64,000 nucleotides of DNA from Ginglymostoma cirratum (lineage: Eukaryota). Location of the stretch: contig JAHRHZ010000267.1 of assembly GCA_024137785.1 (NCBI GenBank), positions 22,251,644 to 22,315,643 of the forward strand. The letters run 5' to 3'. Position numbers and translations under genes: made by a program. Position 1 is the stretch's first letter. Each line of letters begins with the position of its first letter. Of this stretch, positions 22,701-36,800 are shown piece after piece. Below the pieces are notes generated by a model that saw only the letters and a list, made by a program, of their open reading frames with translations, was not told the origin of the DNA and did no database searches.

Positions 22701-23384
22701 AAATCAGAGATTCATCTAGCACATTGCCAATAATGAGAACATTAGAGTTCACAATTTCAGCTGCAACACTTGTGGACAAGCTTCATTGCATTTATGAACA
22801 GAACAGAATGTACTGCATTTTCTTCCAATTATGAACGTGACTAGAAAGAACTGTTGTGCCATAGTTGGTACAGTGAATAGAGTATGCTGCACGTGTTTCA
22901 TGGCAAATGGTCTGCTCGCCTACTTGTGACGTACACAATTCCCTCTTCATCTCAGTTCCCACAATGCACAAAAATGTAAACCAAGTGATACCAGCTTCCA
23001 TTGGAATCTGCATTGCCAGACTTACACTGATGATCACTCATTGATAAAGTGGAATCCTTCGTAAGAACATTCATTCATTTGTACTCCTGCATTTTTTGTT
23101 ATGTGGTTAAAAAGAAATTGTCAACATTCAGAACGATGAACATTATGACCTTTCGGGAAATTCAGCCATTCAACTTTCTCGAGAGACAGGTACCTCATGA
23201 AATCACAAATGACTCTTGCACAATTGATGCCTTGTGTTAAATTGATTTTGCCTCAATATAACCCCATTTATTCAGTTTTGCATATCTCTAATGTCACAGT
23301 TTTTCATGAAAAGCTGACTAATGGCTGATTAATGAACCGCTAGTCCTTGCTGTCATATTGCTAACAAAAATTAGCCATTTAGGC

Positions 23385-23650
23385 CTAAAACAAGGAGAAT
23401 TTACTTCACTTAAAGGGCTTCGGGACTTTGTAGCCTTTGGAATTTTCTACCCTAGAGAGCTGGGAACGATCAGTTGTTGAATATATTCAAGACAAAAATC
23501 GATAGCCTTTTAAATATTGATGGAATTAAGGCATAGGGGAATGTAGGAAGATGGAACTGAGGGAGAAGATCTCCAGGACTGTGCGGATGTCAAAGAAGGC
23601 TCGAAGGGCTGAATGGCCTACTTTCATTCCTTTTTTTACATTCCTATGTA
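23385..23650 (+). mobile_element. CR1 LINE 3' end
   Basis: AGGAGAATTTACTTCACT…TGGAATTTTCTACC…GGCTCGAAGGGCTGAATGGCCTACT. Confidence 0.85.
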
Positions 23651-24560
23651 CTAACAGTGTGATCATTGTACAATGCAGACAAAAATAGATAATGACACCT
23701 CATTCGTACCCATCAGTATTCCAATCAGGGTTGTTGTTTTCTCCAAAAGTCAGAGGGTCATTATACGTGAGGAGTCATACATTTTGACACATGTGTAGTG
23801 TCTGGTATTCTACATTTTGGACAAAAGCAGAGAACCAGGTATATGTTTATAGTCTAATTTGTCCTGCTTCCCTCTTCCTACTCAGTGTAGGTACAAATTC
23901 AGGTTTACGGCGAAATCGAGGTAGGGACTTTTCTCATGCACAGCAAATTTTAAGCAACATTATAGGAAATCATTTAATATTTGGGAGTCTTTACTGGCAT
24001 TGCAACAGAGTCCAACTGTTAAAAATGACGAGAATAGCACATATAATGAGGGCTGGGAAATTGCAAAAATAGTACCACATTGAAGGAACAGAATTAAAAG
24101 ATTAATTCTCACAGTATGGTTGTCTGTGTTAAAGAAGCAGGAGGTGTAAAATTAAAATAGCTTGTTGAGTGAGTTTGTCTGATAATGAAGAAGAAATTAA
24201 TTCTTGGTAGAATTAAAGACAATTATCCATGGAACTTTTTTGATCATGCCTGTAGTTTAAATTTTATTTTGCAACATGACTTTCTTAATTTAATGTCAAA
24301 AAACTGTGTATATTTTGTTATAATAAGGAGCTTTTCAAAAAAGGTTTTCTTGGTGTGATGTGATGGAAAAATGACAACCTTGTCTAAGTACAAAAACAGA
24401 GTAGATAAAGTGTTAGGCAGTAAGTGGGAGCATTGAGAAAGAGTAATGCAGGAATTTTACAGATTAGAAAGCAGAAGGTAGTGTTTCTGCACAGTGCTTT
24501 GTTATCTCAACGGGGTCCATATGGATTCTTTTGCTTATTTACAATACTGCTAAATATTGA

Positions 24561-24688
24561 GTGAGAAGTCACACGACCGCAACGTTCCGAAAGCTTGTGA
24601 ATTCAAATAAACCTGTTGGACTATAACCTGGTGTTGTGTGACTTCTGACTTTGTCCACACCAGTCCAACATCGCTACCTCCACATCAT
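24561..24688 (+). mobile_element. PLE micro-insertion of another family, short inverted arm, 13-bp TSD with one mismatch
   Basis: TGCTAAATATTGA (24548-24560) and TGCTAATTATTGA (24689-24701); AGAAGTCACAC inverted versus GTGTGACTTCT; CCGAAAGCTTG…AATAAACCTGTTGGACTATAACCTGGTGTTGTGTGACTTCTGAC. Confidence 0.75.
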
Positions 24689-27399
24689 TGCTAATTATTG
24701 AATTACATACTGGATTTTAAGAAGTTAATAAAGAGGCTATGTGTCTACATAGTGAACCAAAATGGAACAATAAGTAGATTTAATTGCCAAAAATATAAAG
24801 GTTAATGAGACCACTACATCTATATGCTAAACTAAAATTCCTCTCTCTCTTTAGCCCCTGCAGAAAAAACTAAAAACAGGAGGGAAATCAAAGGCAGAAC
24901 ATCACAACCATTCAAACATCAATTCCATATCGTGTCTGCCCTCCTGTGGTTAGTGTTACTGTTACTTACTAGTTCTTTGTATATTAAATGTGTTTCTTCC
25001 TCATTATTACAATGTCACCTGAAGGACTAGTGGAGAAAGAAAAGGAAATGTTCATTGCTGACGAGATAACTAAATAAGCTGTGCTTGCTTTCAAGCCAGC
25101 CCCAAAGAATATGCTGCGATCTTGCGAATAAAAACAATGTTTCCAATCCCCACAAATATTTAATGAGAAAGAAAAGAAATTAAAATCCTCAGCTTCATGA
25201 TTTGAAATTTAATCAAACGATTGTGTAAGATTCTCTACTCCCAGCGGATACTGAACTGAACGTCAGAAGTGATCACAGTCTCTCTGTATCATCATTCCTT
25301 GCATGTAACTCTGAGGATGTCACTGCCCAAGATACAAAACTTGCACTTATTGACTGAATTAGTGAAAGATATAACCTTCTGCCAAAGGACAGAGAGAGAA
25401 ACATTCTATCAATATTAACAAAATAAAAGAGAAATAATTGGGTTTTAAGTTTAACTAATATTTCATAGGTCAGATATTCTTTTGATTGTGAATTATGATT
25501 CAGATTATAAAGTCAGGGAATAATGAGGCAAATTGCCCCCAGGCCCTGAATGATGTGGGGCATGGTCTCAATGTCACAACCAAAAAGTTTTACATCCCAG
25601 CCAAATTCAAAACTTCGAGTTGAGATTCTCACTAGTGAGTGGACAGAGGCGTATTTTCGGGGTTATTGCTCATTATCACCATCATTATTATTTATCTTGC
25701 CCCATCAGTATGCACCTTCCCATCCCACCACACACCAGTTAAAAAACTAAATGACAAGAATTCCTGATGTGAAAGTCAGAGTGGGCACATGGTGATTCCA
25801 GACCTCTATCTTGGACAGCTAACACCAACGTCTCGGAGCACACTATGTCAGCAGTGATCACGCCCAAGGATGCTGGCATCTGACATATGACAGTCTCTTC
25901 ACATCATCATGGCACATTTCCAATTCACTTAGATAATGCTACTGACTACCATACAGAGTGCACCAGCATTTCATACTGGAATGCTGCTCAGGAATGCACA
26001 CCCGGATCATAGATGGACTAGGGCTTCTTGCTTCCTCTCTTAATGCCAACTCACTTTGCAGCTACCTGGGTGCTCAAGACATCTCTTGCCTTGTATTAAC
26101 TTGCCTTCTGGAGCTCTTCCCCCCTCATCTGCAAGTTAAAAGCTCACAGTGCTTCTGTCCTGTCTTGTAGTTTAGTACAGACACAAAACCAGGCAGCTTG
26201 TCACACCTGAGGTGATAATGTTGCTGTATGCCATAGTGCTATGTCAATCTCACACCCTCATCATGTGCCAGCAGCCTATGCAGCAAACTCACTGCAAGTG
26301 TGTCAACCAAATGGCCATCTGTGTCAAAGTTGAAGGGAATAGTCCTCATCAAGTCAAGGGGAACTGCTGTCAGTCAGGGGGCCACACTACAGTCAGTCAA
26401 GTACAGCGCCTGTGCTAAGTCCAGGGACTTGAGCAGTCAAAGATCTGACAGTCAAACTTCTGCTTGGGGTGGTCTCACTAAAGTCTGGGTCAGTTTTCGG
26501 TATCAGTGGAATGTATCAGGGGACGCTAGGGTGGTAGGAATAAAGAGAGTGCCAACAGTCGAGGATTGAAGACAGTAACTTGGGATACAGAGGGGACAAG
26601 GACAGTAAAGGAGGGAAATTCAACCTATAACGTCAGAACTGCATGGAAGAACATGGGATGCTATAGGTGCGTTATAAGTGGTCATCACCACCAAAACCTT
26701 GAGGTGTGGAATGTGCATCATGATGGTGGGCATTACCAAACTGCGCTGACAGCGTTCAGGGCGATAAGGATGAGAAATAGATCCATAGTTTGAGGTGATG
26801 GGTGGGAGTATGTGGATTCAGTAGAGAGAAGAGTATTAGGTCCAGTGTGTGGCATCTGATGACCATGCTGAGCCTGGGGCTCTGAGTGTCCATTATGACC
26901 TACGCTGCCTTCAATAATCTTGGGATTGCTGAATGTGACTGACAAATGGAAATCATGCCCTGTGCGGATGGAATCTGTATCTACTTGCTGTCCAAAAATG
27001 CAGGTTCCCTGCAGAAGGCTCTGCATGGGATAATTGATCAATCATGCACTTGCAGAGTGCACACTTAAATAATTTGTAAACATATCATCCTGCATGTGAA
27101 TTGCATGTTATGTACAAGGGTGTGGAATACAAATACAGGACACAAATGTGAGGTAAGGTATGTTATTTATATATATTTTAATATCAATTCATTGTGAGTT
27201 TTCATTTTTGATGTAGTGGCATATGGATTTTCTGTTTATGTGAAGGGGCTTAATGATCAACTTGTAAGTAATTCTGTAGTCATGGTGATTTATTTTAAAG
27301 CACAATATTGGTGAGAGACTTCCTGAAGAGTAATGGAGATCAGTTTACATTGTATGTTATGGCATTTCAAGTATTGATCAAAACATTTATTGAATGTTG

Positions 27400-28715
27400 T
27401 CAGCACTACTGCCTCTATCATCCTTTCAGGCAGTAAATTCCATTATTTTCCTCAAATCCCTCTTAAACGTCCTAAACTGTGCCCTCTGGTTATTGTCCCT
27501 TTTCTAAGGGAAAAGGTTTCTCCATTTCCACTCTATCTTTACTCTTCATAATTTTACAAACTTTGATCAGGTAACTCCTCAGCCTTCTCTGTTCGAAGGA
27601 AAACAACACCAGTCTAGCTACACGCTCATCATAGTTGAATCCCTCCAGCCCAGGCAACATTCTGGTGACTCTCGTATGCACAATTTCTGCTGCAATCATA
27701 TCCTTCCCATAGTGTGCCAACCATAACTGCACACAGTACTCCAGCTGTGGCCTATTTAACATTATATACAGTACTGCCATAACCTGCTTGCTCTTTTACT
27801 TAGTGCCTCAACTAATAAATGCAAGTATCCCAAATGCCTCCAACCAACATATCTACCTGACCTGCTGCCTATGAACATGCATTACCAAAGACCCTCCGCT
27901 GAGCTTCCTAAAATCCTCCCATTTATTATGTATTCTCTTGCCTTGTTAGTCCTTCCAAAATACATTATCTCACATTTTTTAGGATTAAATTCCATTTACC
28001 ACTGTTCAATCCATCTACCTGTAGGCTAGGGGTTTCCTCCTTCTGTTTACCACACCACCAATTTTTGTGTCACCTGCAAGCTTACTGATCATATCTCCTA
28101 CTTCTATACCTAGATCATTACTGATCTGGCAGCCAAAAAACCAACACCAAACACAACCAGACACATGCTTCCAATCACCAAAAACAAACTTCAACCATCA
28201 CCCTCTTCCTCCTGACAGTAAACCAATTTTGGATCTAATTGCCAAATTGCCCTGGATCGCCTGGGTTGTTACTTTCTTGAATGTCAAGCCCTTGCCAAAA
28301 GCCTCACTGAAGTCCATATTGAATAAATCAATTGCACTACCCTCATGTACATACCTAGTCACCTCCTTGAAAAGTTCAATCCAATTTGTTAGTCTTAATT
28401 TTCTCCTGACAAGGCTGTGCCCATAAGCTTTGATTAATCCTTGCTACTCTATGTGGGGATTAATTCCATGCTTTAGATCATTTCCTAATAGTTTTCCTAG
28501 TACTGATGTTAGTCTCACTGTCCTTTAGTTTCCTGGTTTATCCCTACCTTCCTTCTCAAATAATGATGCCATTTTACCTATCCTCCACGCCTCTGGAAAC
28601 CCTCCTGTGGCCAGACAGAATTTAAAAATTAATGTCAGAGTTCCTGCAATTTTCTCCTTTGTCTCCAACAACAGCCTGAAATACATCTTATCCTGACCTG
28701 GGGATTTAACCATTC
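27400..28715 (-). mobile_element. CR1 LINE ORF2 RT region
   Basis: KSPGQDKMY, LFEKEGRDKPGN, LAGDTK, RPQLEYCVQLW, TRMLPGLEG on the minus strand. Confidence 0.9.
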
Positions 28716-29330
28716 TTAAGCTTGCAGAGATTATACTCTTTCTGGTCATGCTTTTCAATCTGCTGCCTAGCTCCCTAAATTTATGTTGCAGGATATCATC
28801 CCTCTTCCCACCCATTTCATTGGTATCTATGTGAACTATGACCTCTGATTGTTCACCTTGCCCCCTTCAGAATGCCCTGCAGCTGTGGAGTGACATCCCT
28901 GGCCTAGGGAGTAACACATCACCCTGGAGTCACGTCTGCAGCCGATGCGTACCCCTCACTCCAGAGTCTCTTACCATTATTTAATTTCCAGTCTTCCTTG
29001 TCCCCCTTGAGTGCTGTGGCTGCACTTCCCACAGGAACAATCACTCTCACTGTTTTCCAACCGAGAGAAACTTTCCTGAATGAGATGCACTCTGGGGATT
29101 TCCTGACAACCTGCCTGTATCCCGTCTTCTGACTGGTGACCACTTATTTGTTCTCTGATTGCTCTTCCTTAAACTGCAGGATGACCATATCTAAAACCAT
29201 GTTATACATGCCACTCTCAGTGCCCAGATACATTGCTGTGCCTCCAGCCAATGCTCAAACTCTGAAACCTAGCGTTCAAGCTGGTCAAACAGGTAGCACT
29301 TTCTGCTGGTGTGGTTATCCAGGCTGCCAT
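28716..29330 (-). mobile_element. CR1 LINE ORF1 (SGNH-esterase type) remnant
   Basis: GGKRDDILQHKFRELGSRLKSMTRKSIIS; VTSQKTGYRQVVRKSPECISF. Confidence 0.75.
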
Positions 29331-29339
29331 TGATAGGTA

Positions 29340-30170
29340 CAAGTGGTTAACTAATAGAAGACAGTGATAGTGTAAAGAGGGCATTTTCACTATGGTGACC
29401 TATAACCAGTGGAGTGCCATAGGGATCAATGCTGGGTCCACAACTACTTAAAAATACTCGAGTTACTTGTGTGAGGAAAATGAATATACAATGGCCAAAT
29501 TTGTGCTTTGGCAAGAAAAATGAAAGAGCTGAATATTATTTAAATGGAGGAAGACTGCAGAAAGCTGCAGCACAGAAGAGCTTTGCAGTCTTTGTGAATG
29601 AAACACAAAATGCTAGCATCCAACTTCAGTAACAGGGAAGGTAAATGGAATGTTGGCCTTTGTTTTAAATGGAATGGAATATAAAAAAAGGGAAGTCTTG
29701 CTAAAATTATATAAAGCGCCAGTTAGCTGGAATATTGTGAACAGCATGGAGGAAATCTTTACAAGGAGAGTTTGAGTAAGTTGGACCTGTACTTACTGGA
29801 GCTCCTAACACACAAGATTCTTAGGGGCTTGACAGGGTAAATGTGCAGAGGTTATTTCCACTTGAGGGAGAGCATAGGGCCAGTGGGCATGATCTCGGCA
29901 TAAGGGGTTGCCTATTAAGCCAGAAATGAAAAATATCTGATCGTAGCAGGTTGTGAATCTGTCAAATTCTTTACCACAGAGGGCTGTCAAGGCTGGGTTG
30001 TTAACTGTATCCAAGACTGACAGACTTTTAATCAATAAGCGAATCAAAGATTATGGGGATAATGCAGGAAAGTGGAGTTGAGGATAATCACATCAACCTT
30101 GATGTCACTGAGTAGCAGGATAGAGTTGATAGACCGAATGGCCTACTTCTCTTCTACATCTTATGGTCTT
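29340..30170 (+). mobile_element. CR1 LINE 3' part with internal deletions
   Basis: TSGVP*GSMLGPQL, EYYLNGGRLQKAAAQK, tail GACCGAATGGCCTACTTCTCTTCTACATCTTATGGTCTT. Confidence 0.9.
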
Positions 30171-30932
30171 TCCACATACTGCAGGCTGGGCAATGCACCA
30201 GACTGAGCTCCCCTGCGATACCTTTTGGTCAAAAAACTCTTTTAAGCCAGGTAGAAAATTATTTGAGCTTTTTTTTAGAAGAAACTAGAAACTAGAAACC
30301 TTTCCTTAATGCAGCATTAAAGTGGAGAAAAATAATATACCCAGGATCTCTCTTTGCATTTGCCAGCATTTTGGAATTCTGGTGGGGTTCCTACTAGGTT
30401 TTGCTGCTGCTCCAACTGAGAACCATCCGGGCCTTGACCTCAGGCGTATATCAAGACACTCCATTGTCATCATTTGTCGCAGGTTTGTTCTGCTCTGCCC
30501 TGGTCCCCTTGCTACTCCGACTGGTTCCTCTCTTTCAGATGCTGGTCCTCTGTCTCTTGCTATTACATTTAAGATAAGGAACTACAAATGTGAAAAGGGA
30601 CTTGGGGCTGAATCTTAAGATACTTTAGCGGTGTCAATTTTGTCAAATTTCGCAGAAGGCTTCTCCCTGTGAGGAAGAGAGGGTGGGATTTATCTCCCCA
30701 AACTCACCTCATTAACTAGGTACCATGCTCCATAGCTCTCCTTTCATTCGATGCTAGACCGATTCTCCCACTTGCGGTAGCTGGACGTTCTCACCACTCA
30801 CCAGACAGCCTGGAATGGATGAGCACTTTTGGCACCAGCATTGTATTTGAAAGGCCATGATGCATTCAGGTTTATTCTGGTATTCTGGTATTCTGAAGCT
30901 GCTTGACACAATACATCATATTTTCCCTGGAA

Positions 30933-31610
30933 GTGGCAGACAACGAAAAATTGAGCCTTATTTTACTGATAAGAACATGGAGGTCCTAGTTGTTAGAATA
31001 ATGCAGAGGAGGGATGGCCTCTTCCCTTAGGACTAGCAGAGGAGGCAACGCCATCAGACCATGCCAGACTAGGTCAAGGTCACTACCAGTGTCTGTATGG
31101 TTTCGGCAGGGCAGATAACGTGCAGATTGCCGTTAGGTCAATGACCTTCTCTGCTCAGCCAGGGTAGAGGCCATTATCCTCACTGTCTACCACCTCACAC
31201 TCACTCTGTCTCTCCTTCTGCACCCACCTCCCACCAAAGCCCATGCTCTACCACTCTCACTGTTGTATGCTGCATCCTACCTCACTTTCTCTCAGTCACC
31301 TAACCTACTATGCTACTAGCCCTGCGTGCCTTCTACACTCACTTGGGTGGGAGAATTCAGCAGCTTTCTCCCTCTTGCGCCAGCACTAACAGCTGTGCCA
31401 CACAATTTCGTCTCGCTTAATCAGTCCCTTTCTCTCATTCCAGAAGTAAACAGCCCATAATAGGGCAGAAAGGGCCCGGAACAGGGATGGGGTTACCAGC
31501 ATTAGGCTCCCCAGCCCTTGTGAAGAGAGAATCCTGGCCCTCACAGGAGAAGACCAGGATTGTTAATGCAGCGACACCGAGATATGCATGTCCCGCCAAT
31601 CAAGTAAGTA
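30933..31610 (+). mobile_element. Harbinger Myb/SANT-like gene remnant, second copy
   Basis: EPYFTDKNMEVLVVRIMQRRDGLFP…VNDLLCSAR, donor at 31164, acceptor ending 31443, TAHNRAERARNRDGVTSIRLPSPCEERILALTG, donor GTAAGT at 31604. Confidence 0.7.
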
Positions 31611-33764
31611 CCAATCTTCATTCTAGTGCAGCTCTTATATTAGCCCCACTCTCAATGTCACAGTAAGCAAGAGACATGGCCCTCTAGAGAGGCAACAACA
31701 CATGTGTGTCTTGGCTCTTGAGAGAAAATGGCCACCAGGATCATCCATGGATGGTTCCAATATGGACCAGGCTCCCTCCACTCCAGATAAGGGACCTGGG
31801 TCTGCACTCAGACAGAATGGGAACAAAAGAGAAAAGAAAATATCTCGAGGGGCAAATTGGTTGCACAGGTGACTTCTGACCATCTCCTTCCTGCTAGGTC
31901 TTCCTGTGAACGCCACAGGCTCTGCACTAATCCAGGTCCACCTCAATCCATCTGTATGAGCTTATGCCACTGTTACTCTACAGTCCCTGACAGATGACAT
32001 GACCATGCAAGGGGTGCTCATACACTGTGCCCCACTTTGAAGCCACGGTGTTCCTGACCATGGACAAAAAGCCCCTCCTGAATAACCCAATTCCCATCCC
32101 TGCTCTACTGTGTTCCCCTGTTACAAATGTAGTTTGCCCCACTTTCACAACGTCTTTACTTCCTGTGACTCCCAGCCTGTAGTCCCCAAGGCCCATGAAT
32201 ATGTTTTCCAGTCTCCTCCCTGTCGATGGAGATCCCTTTACCCACATCTCCTTCCCCCTTGCCTTCATTGGACCCATACACTGACTGCAAATCTCATTGA
32301 GGAGTGGCCCATTCCCAGCTGATGACAGTGCATTTCACCCACTGAGTTAGCACTAGCCCGTGGATTAGCTCCTATGGAGCCATATGAAGACTGCAGAGGC
32401 ACAGACCTCCTGACCACGAACAGACTGACCCGGATGTCTGAGCATGGCAAATCCTCCGCACTGGTATCAAAGATTGCCTTTTGGACCCAACTTACCCCAC
32501 ATCTCAATTTTAAATATGGAAATTGCTGCAATTTTCATTGTCTTTATTGATCTGCAGTTTTCAGGAAGTGTTGGGGAGAATTATAATCCCCAGGAATGTT
32601 ATAGAGTTAAATTAAGATCTATAGGAATAAGGGAGCCTTCAAACTGTAGGACTAAGGTTGAAAAATTTTATTCATTGTAGTGATCTTCATTAATGCAGGA
32701 CATGGCAAATTGAAATGATGGAGCTCAGCAATGCGAGGGAACTAAATTAAGAGATAAAGGAGGTAGATTTTGCTGAGATGCCAAAAACATATCATGTTAA
32801 AAGTCTGAAAGAGCTTAGCTTTCAAAGCTTATCCAGAAACATTGTGCTCATGTTTCGAGAGTTATTAAGCGGTTACATTATTTTTCCTTCACTAAGGAGC
32901 AAAGAACAATTGATAGTTCTCATTGTGAAAATGATACATTGTTAATTGATGTGCATTATGTAAATAAACCAAATTATGGTCTATTTTTCTTGATAAGAAT
33001 GCTTTTTGTCTTCTTTCTGTAAAAAGAGGAGAAGTAATCTGTTGCCATGTGCCATATTTTAATAGTCACTGTGTGAATTAGGCTTCTTTATTATGGGTCT
33101 TTAGCTTTGTTATTATCCAGATTCTAAACAGAAGTCAATGCTGTCTGGATTACAGCAGACATGAGGTCTGATTATGAATGTGGCTGATGATACTGAATCG
33201 AGTGAATATTTAACATCAATGTCTACAAGTTGCAATAATCTCAGACGGTATTTATTCCAAATAATGTCAACCTTTACGAGGAAGTAATAGTTTCTTGCAT
33301 CCACTGGTAAATCAAATATCTCTGATGATCTATTGCACCCCTGAGATTGGTTAATTTGAATACATTCATCATCACCCACTCAGACTTGTCACTATGTCCC
33401 AGTTTTGTGAGTTTGTCTTTGCATTTCATTCTCTGGTCTCCTAATCAGCCCAACAGTGCTTCTCTGATCATTTTTCAGTTATACGTCTTGTATTCAAATT
33501 TCTAAAGCAACACTTGATACTCCAGATGCAGCTTGAAAAATCAACAACATGATAACATCTTTAAATCTACACTTTCTTCTTCTTTTTACACAGACTAACA
33601 CACAATTAGTTTTCATAACAGCAGCCAGGAAATGGATTGATGTCCTGAGAGATTTATTGACTATTGACTACCAACCACCTTTTCTGGTTAGCATTTTCTG
33701 ATTTATCCCATAGTTTCTTAGTTCTTAATTACTAACTTTGTACTTATTGGCATTAAACATTAAG

Positions 33765-33878
33765 GTAGGGGTGGAGGTTAGATAGACCTTAGGATTAGGG
33801 TAAAAGTTTGGCACAACATCGTGGGCTGAAGGGCCTGTACTGTGCTGTACTGTTCTACGTTCTATGTTCTATGTTCTC
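33765..33878 (+). mobile_element. Young CR1 extreme 3' end with (TTCTATG)n-type tail
   Basis: GGCACAACATCGTGGGCTGAAGGGCCTGTACTGTGCTGTACTGTTCTACGTTCTATGTTCTATGTTCT. Confidence 0.9.
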
Positions 33879-36800
33879 AACTGAACCTGCTAATTGTAGA
33901 TCCAAATCTGTAAAGTGACTCAATCTCATGTAATGTTTCCCTATTTCACACTTTTACCCTTCCCTGCCACTTTTGTGTTATCCACAAGCTTTGAGATAAG
34001 GCTACTCTTCTAAATCATTTATGAAAATGTCAACATGTATGGGTCCTGCTATCAAGGCACATAGGACCCCATTCTTTGCATCCCTCAATTCAGGATATTT
34101 AGCATCCGTATCAAATTCTTGATAATAGACTGCCATATTGCAGCTGAGATCCTGTACACCCTTAGCATCCACATGTGCACAAGTTCATGAAGAGCAACCA
34201 GGAACAGGAGGCTCTTTATTTCTCCCCTCCTCCACCCTACTTCATGGGTGCTTGTAAATTTACATACTTCTACGATTGCTTCAGTTAAGAATAGCTAAGT
34301 CAGCGCATGTAAGGAATTGAATCTGTGGTGACATTGCTCAGTACAATAAAATTGATGCATTTTATCCTATGACCTCATAATTCAGGTTAATCCAGTAGAT
34401 TATGTCTACCACATGCCTTCTGCTGATGGAAAAATGCTGTTGTGCATAAGAATATGTTAAATATTTATTCAAAAATGCAGACTCTGTCTTTTTTTTTCTG
34501 CAACTGATTCTTTTTGCTTCAAAATTACAATAGGTTGGTTATCTTGCCAAATTTTAATTAGCTAATTTAAATCCATCCAAGGAATTAATTCAGTAATTGC
34601 TTCACGATGTTATTTTCTGCCAGTCTAACATACTTTGAAAGAGTTGCTATGGACACAGATAGTGAAACAAAATTACCATCAATTTCAACCAAACAGGCCT
34701 CATTTGAAAATTATTCCAGCATACATTTAATTTACAGTTATCTCTGTGAAAATTCTGTTTTTACTCACTATGTAATCTCGCCTTTACTCAATTTGAGCCT
34801 CAAAAAATTAAGTGAATATAGAAAAGATATAGTATGCAGTATGTACATTTCCTCAGGGAAATTCTACAAAATTCAGTGATAAACTTGATTCCTTGGCAAA
34901 AAATTGTGAAGTAGAAATTTGTAGGGATTGATTCCTAGATAATTGTGTCTGTTGCTGAGCGAGGCCTGACATCAGTTGAGGATCAGGCCTCATTCTAACT
35001 CAGTTAGTGAAGTTGGGGAGGGAGATCAACACCAGAACCAGTTGAAGGAGTTAGCTCTTAGCAGCAGTGACTGGGGGAGAGTGGGCAGTGGCTGGAAGAA
35101 ACTAGAGTTCTAAATGTGGGATAGGTACAATTCTTTGGGTTTTGTAAAATGAAAGCAATTTAAAAGTGGCCTCATCTTTTAGAGCACTATTTGACGTGTT
35201 TCTTCAGATTCAACTGCGGCATTGTAGTTACTAACTTTTAACTGTTTAGTTCTGTCTGTCAAGTCCCTTGTGAATCAGCTTACTGGCCATTGGCCACAAA
35301 TAGCAATATTGGCTAGTTACCTATTTGCACATTGTGCTTACAACTGCTTGTATGAGTGCTACGTATGGATGTATTGTTTGTAAAGAGCGAGAAATTAATT
35401 TGCCAGGAATCAATTTTACATGTAAATGTTTCCGGGGTCTCTAAAACACAGGGATTATCAATTAATTGCCAGGATACTAGACATAATCTCCCAACCAGGC
35501 AACATGGGAAGCTCTATTAAATACAAAGGTCTCTAACCTTTGCAAGTCTAAAGTGTTATTATAATCAGAAATCAGATAATCAGAAACCAAAGAGAAACAG
35601 GAGTAACAAGAGTAATGTCATTTTGCCTTTCATGCAACTTTCAAATATCCAATTTTCTAGCATGCACAAGTACTAATCATGCCCATACATAAGATAGATT
35701 CAAGGCTGCTAGTCAATTAATTTTGCAGAAATTAATTTAAAGGGCATATTGAGAAGATTCATTAAGCAGTTATGAGGCCATTTCTGCAGCATTTATCTGT
35801 TTTCATGTTGTTATGTAGGCATTTGAGATAATTGTTGCACTGGAATTTCCCTTCCAACCAAAGCCAGCTGTGATATCAATAGAAATCCTGGAAGCATCAA
35901 CACACATTTAGGCTTTCTGTTTGAAGAGAAGGTTCAAAGGAGAAGCCAAATAGGACAAGCTGCTTCAGAAATGTTCATCTACTGATACCTTGATACCAAC
36001 ATTCAGTGACAGAGGCTCCAAATCCCAGGGAATGCTATAACAACAAACAAATCTCCTTTGAGGTTCTCCCATTTCACTTGTGGTTTAATACTTTTTTATT
36101 ATCCTTCCCTATCTCTTCTTGTCAGTCATTCATTCTTTCATCAGTCTCTTGCCACCATGTCCTTCTATCTGGTCTTATACTGTTCTCTTTCTTTCCCTGG
36201 AAGTCCCATCTCCATGACTCCACTCTCTACATTTCCTCTCTCTCTCTCTCCCTGATATATCACTAGGCCATTTCAATCTCTTCTCAGCTACTTTTTTTGA
36301 TGGTTCTATAATCCTTGATGTACTAGTTCCCGAGCAAACAAGCAGACAAATGGCACAGATAAATGAAGGAATCCAGTAAGCCATGACATCGATGATACTA
36401 TGGGGCAAGCATCATGCTTGGCTTGATTCAAAAGCCAACATAGTCTGCTCAACCATACATCTCAAAATGGTACAACTATCTCCTGTCCAGTGTCCACCTT
36501 GGGAAGTGCTTTTCACAAACACTGCCTAGTAAGATTGTGTCATTTGTTGCAAAAACAGATTTGTGGCAACTAAAATGCCCCATAAGGCTGATATAGTCAA
36601 TGAGAGTGAGAGTCAACTTCTCCAATCTGTTTCCACCTCTCTCTGTGGTACAATGCTGACCCATGGAAATGATCCCGTCACTTCCACAGTCACCTCATGA
36701 ATCATCACCTTCAATTCAGCAACTATTAAATGGGAGGTTGGATTCTGAGCTTCTTCATTATTTGCCTGCAGGTTCAGAAGATTTTCACAATCCCATCTCT

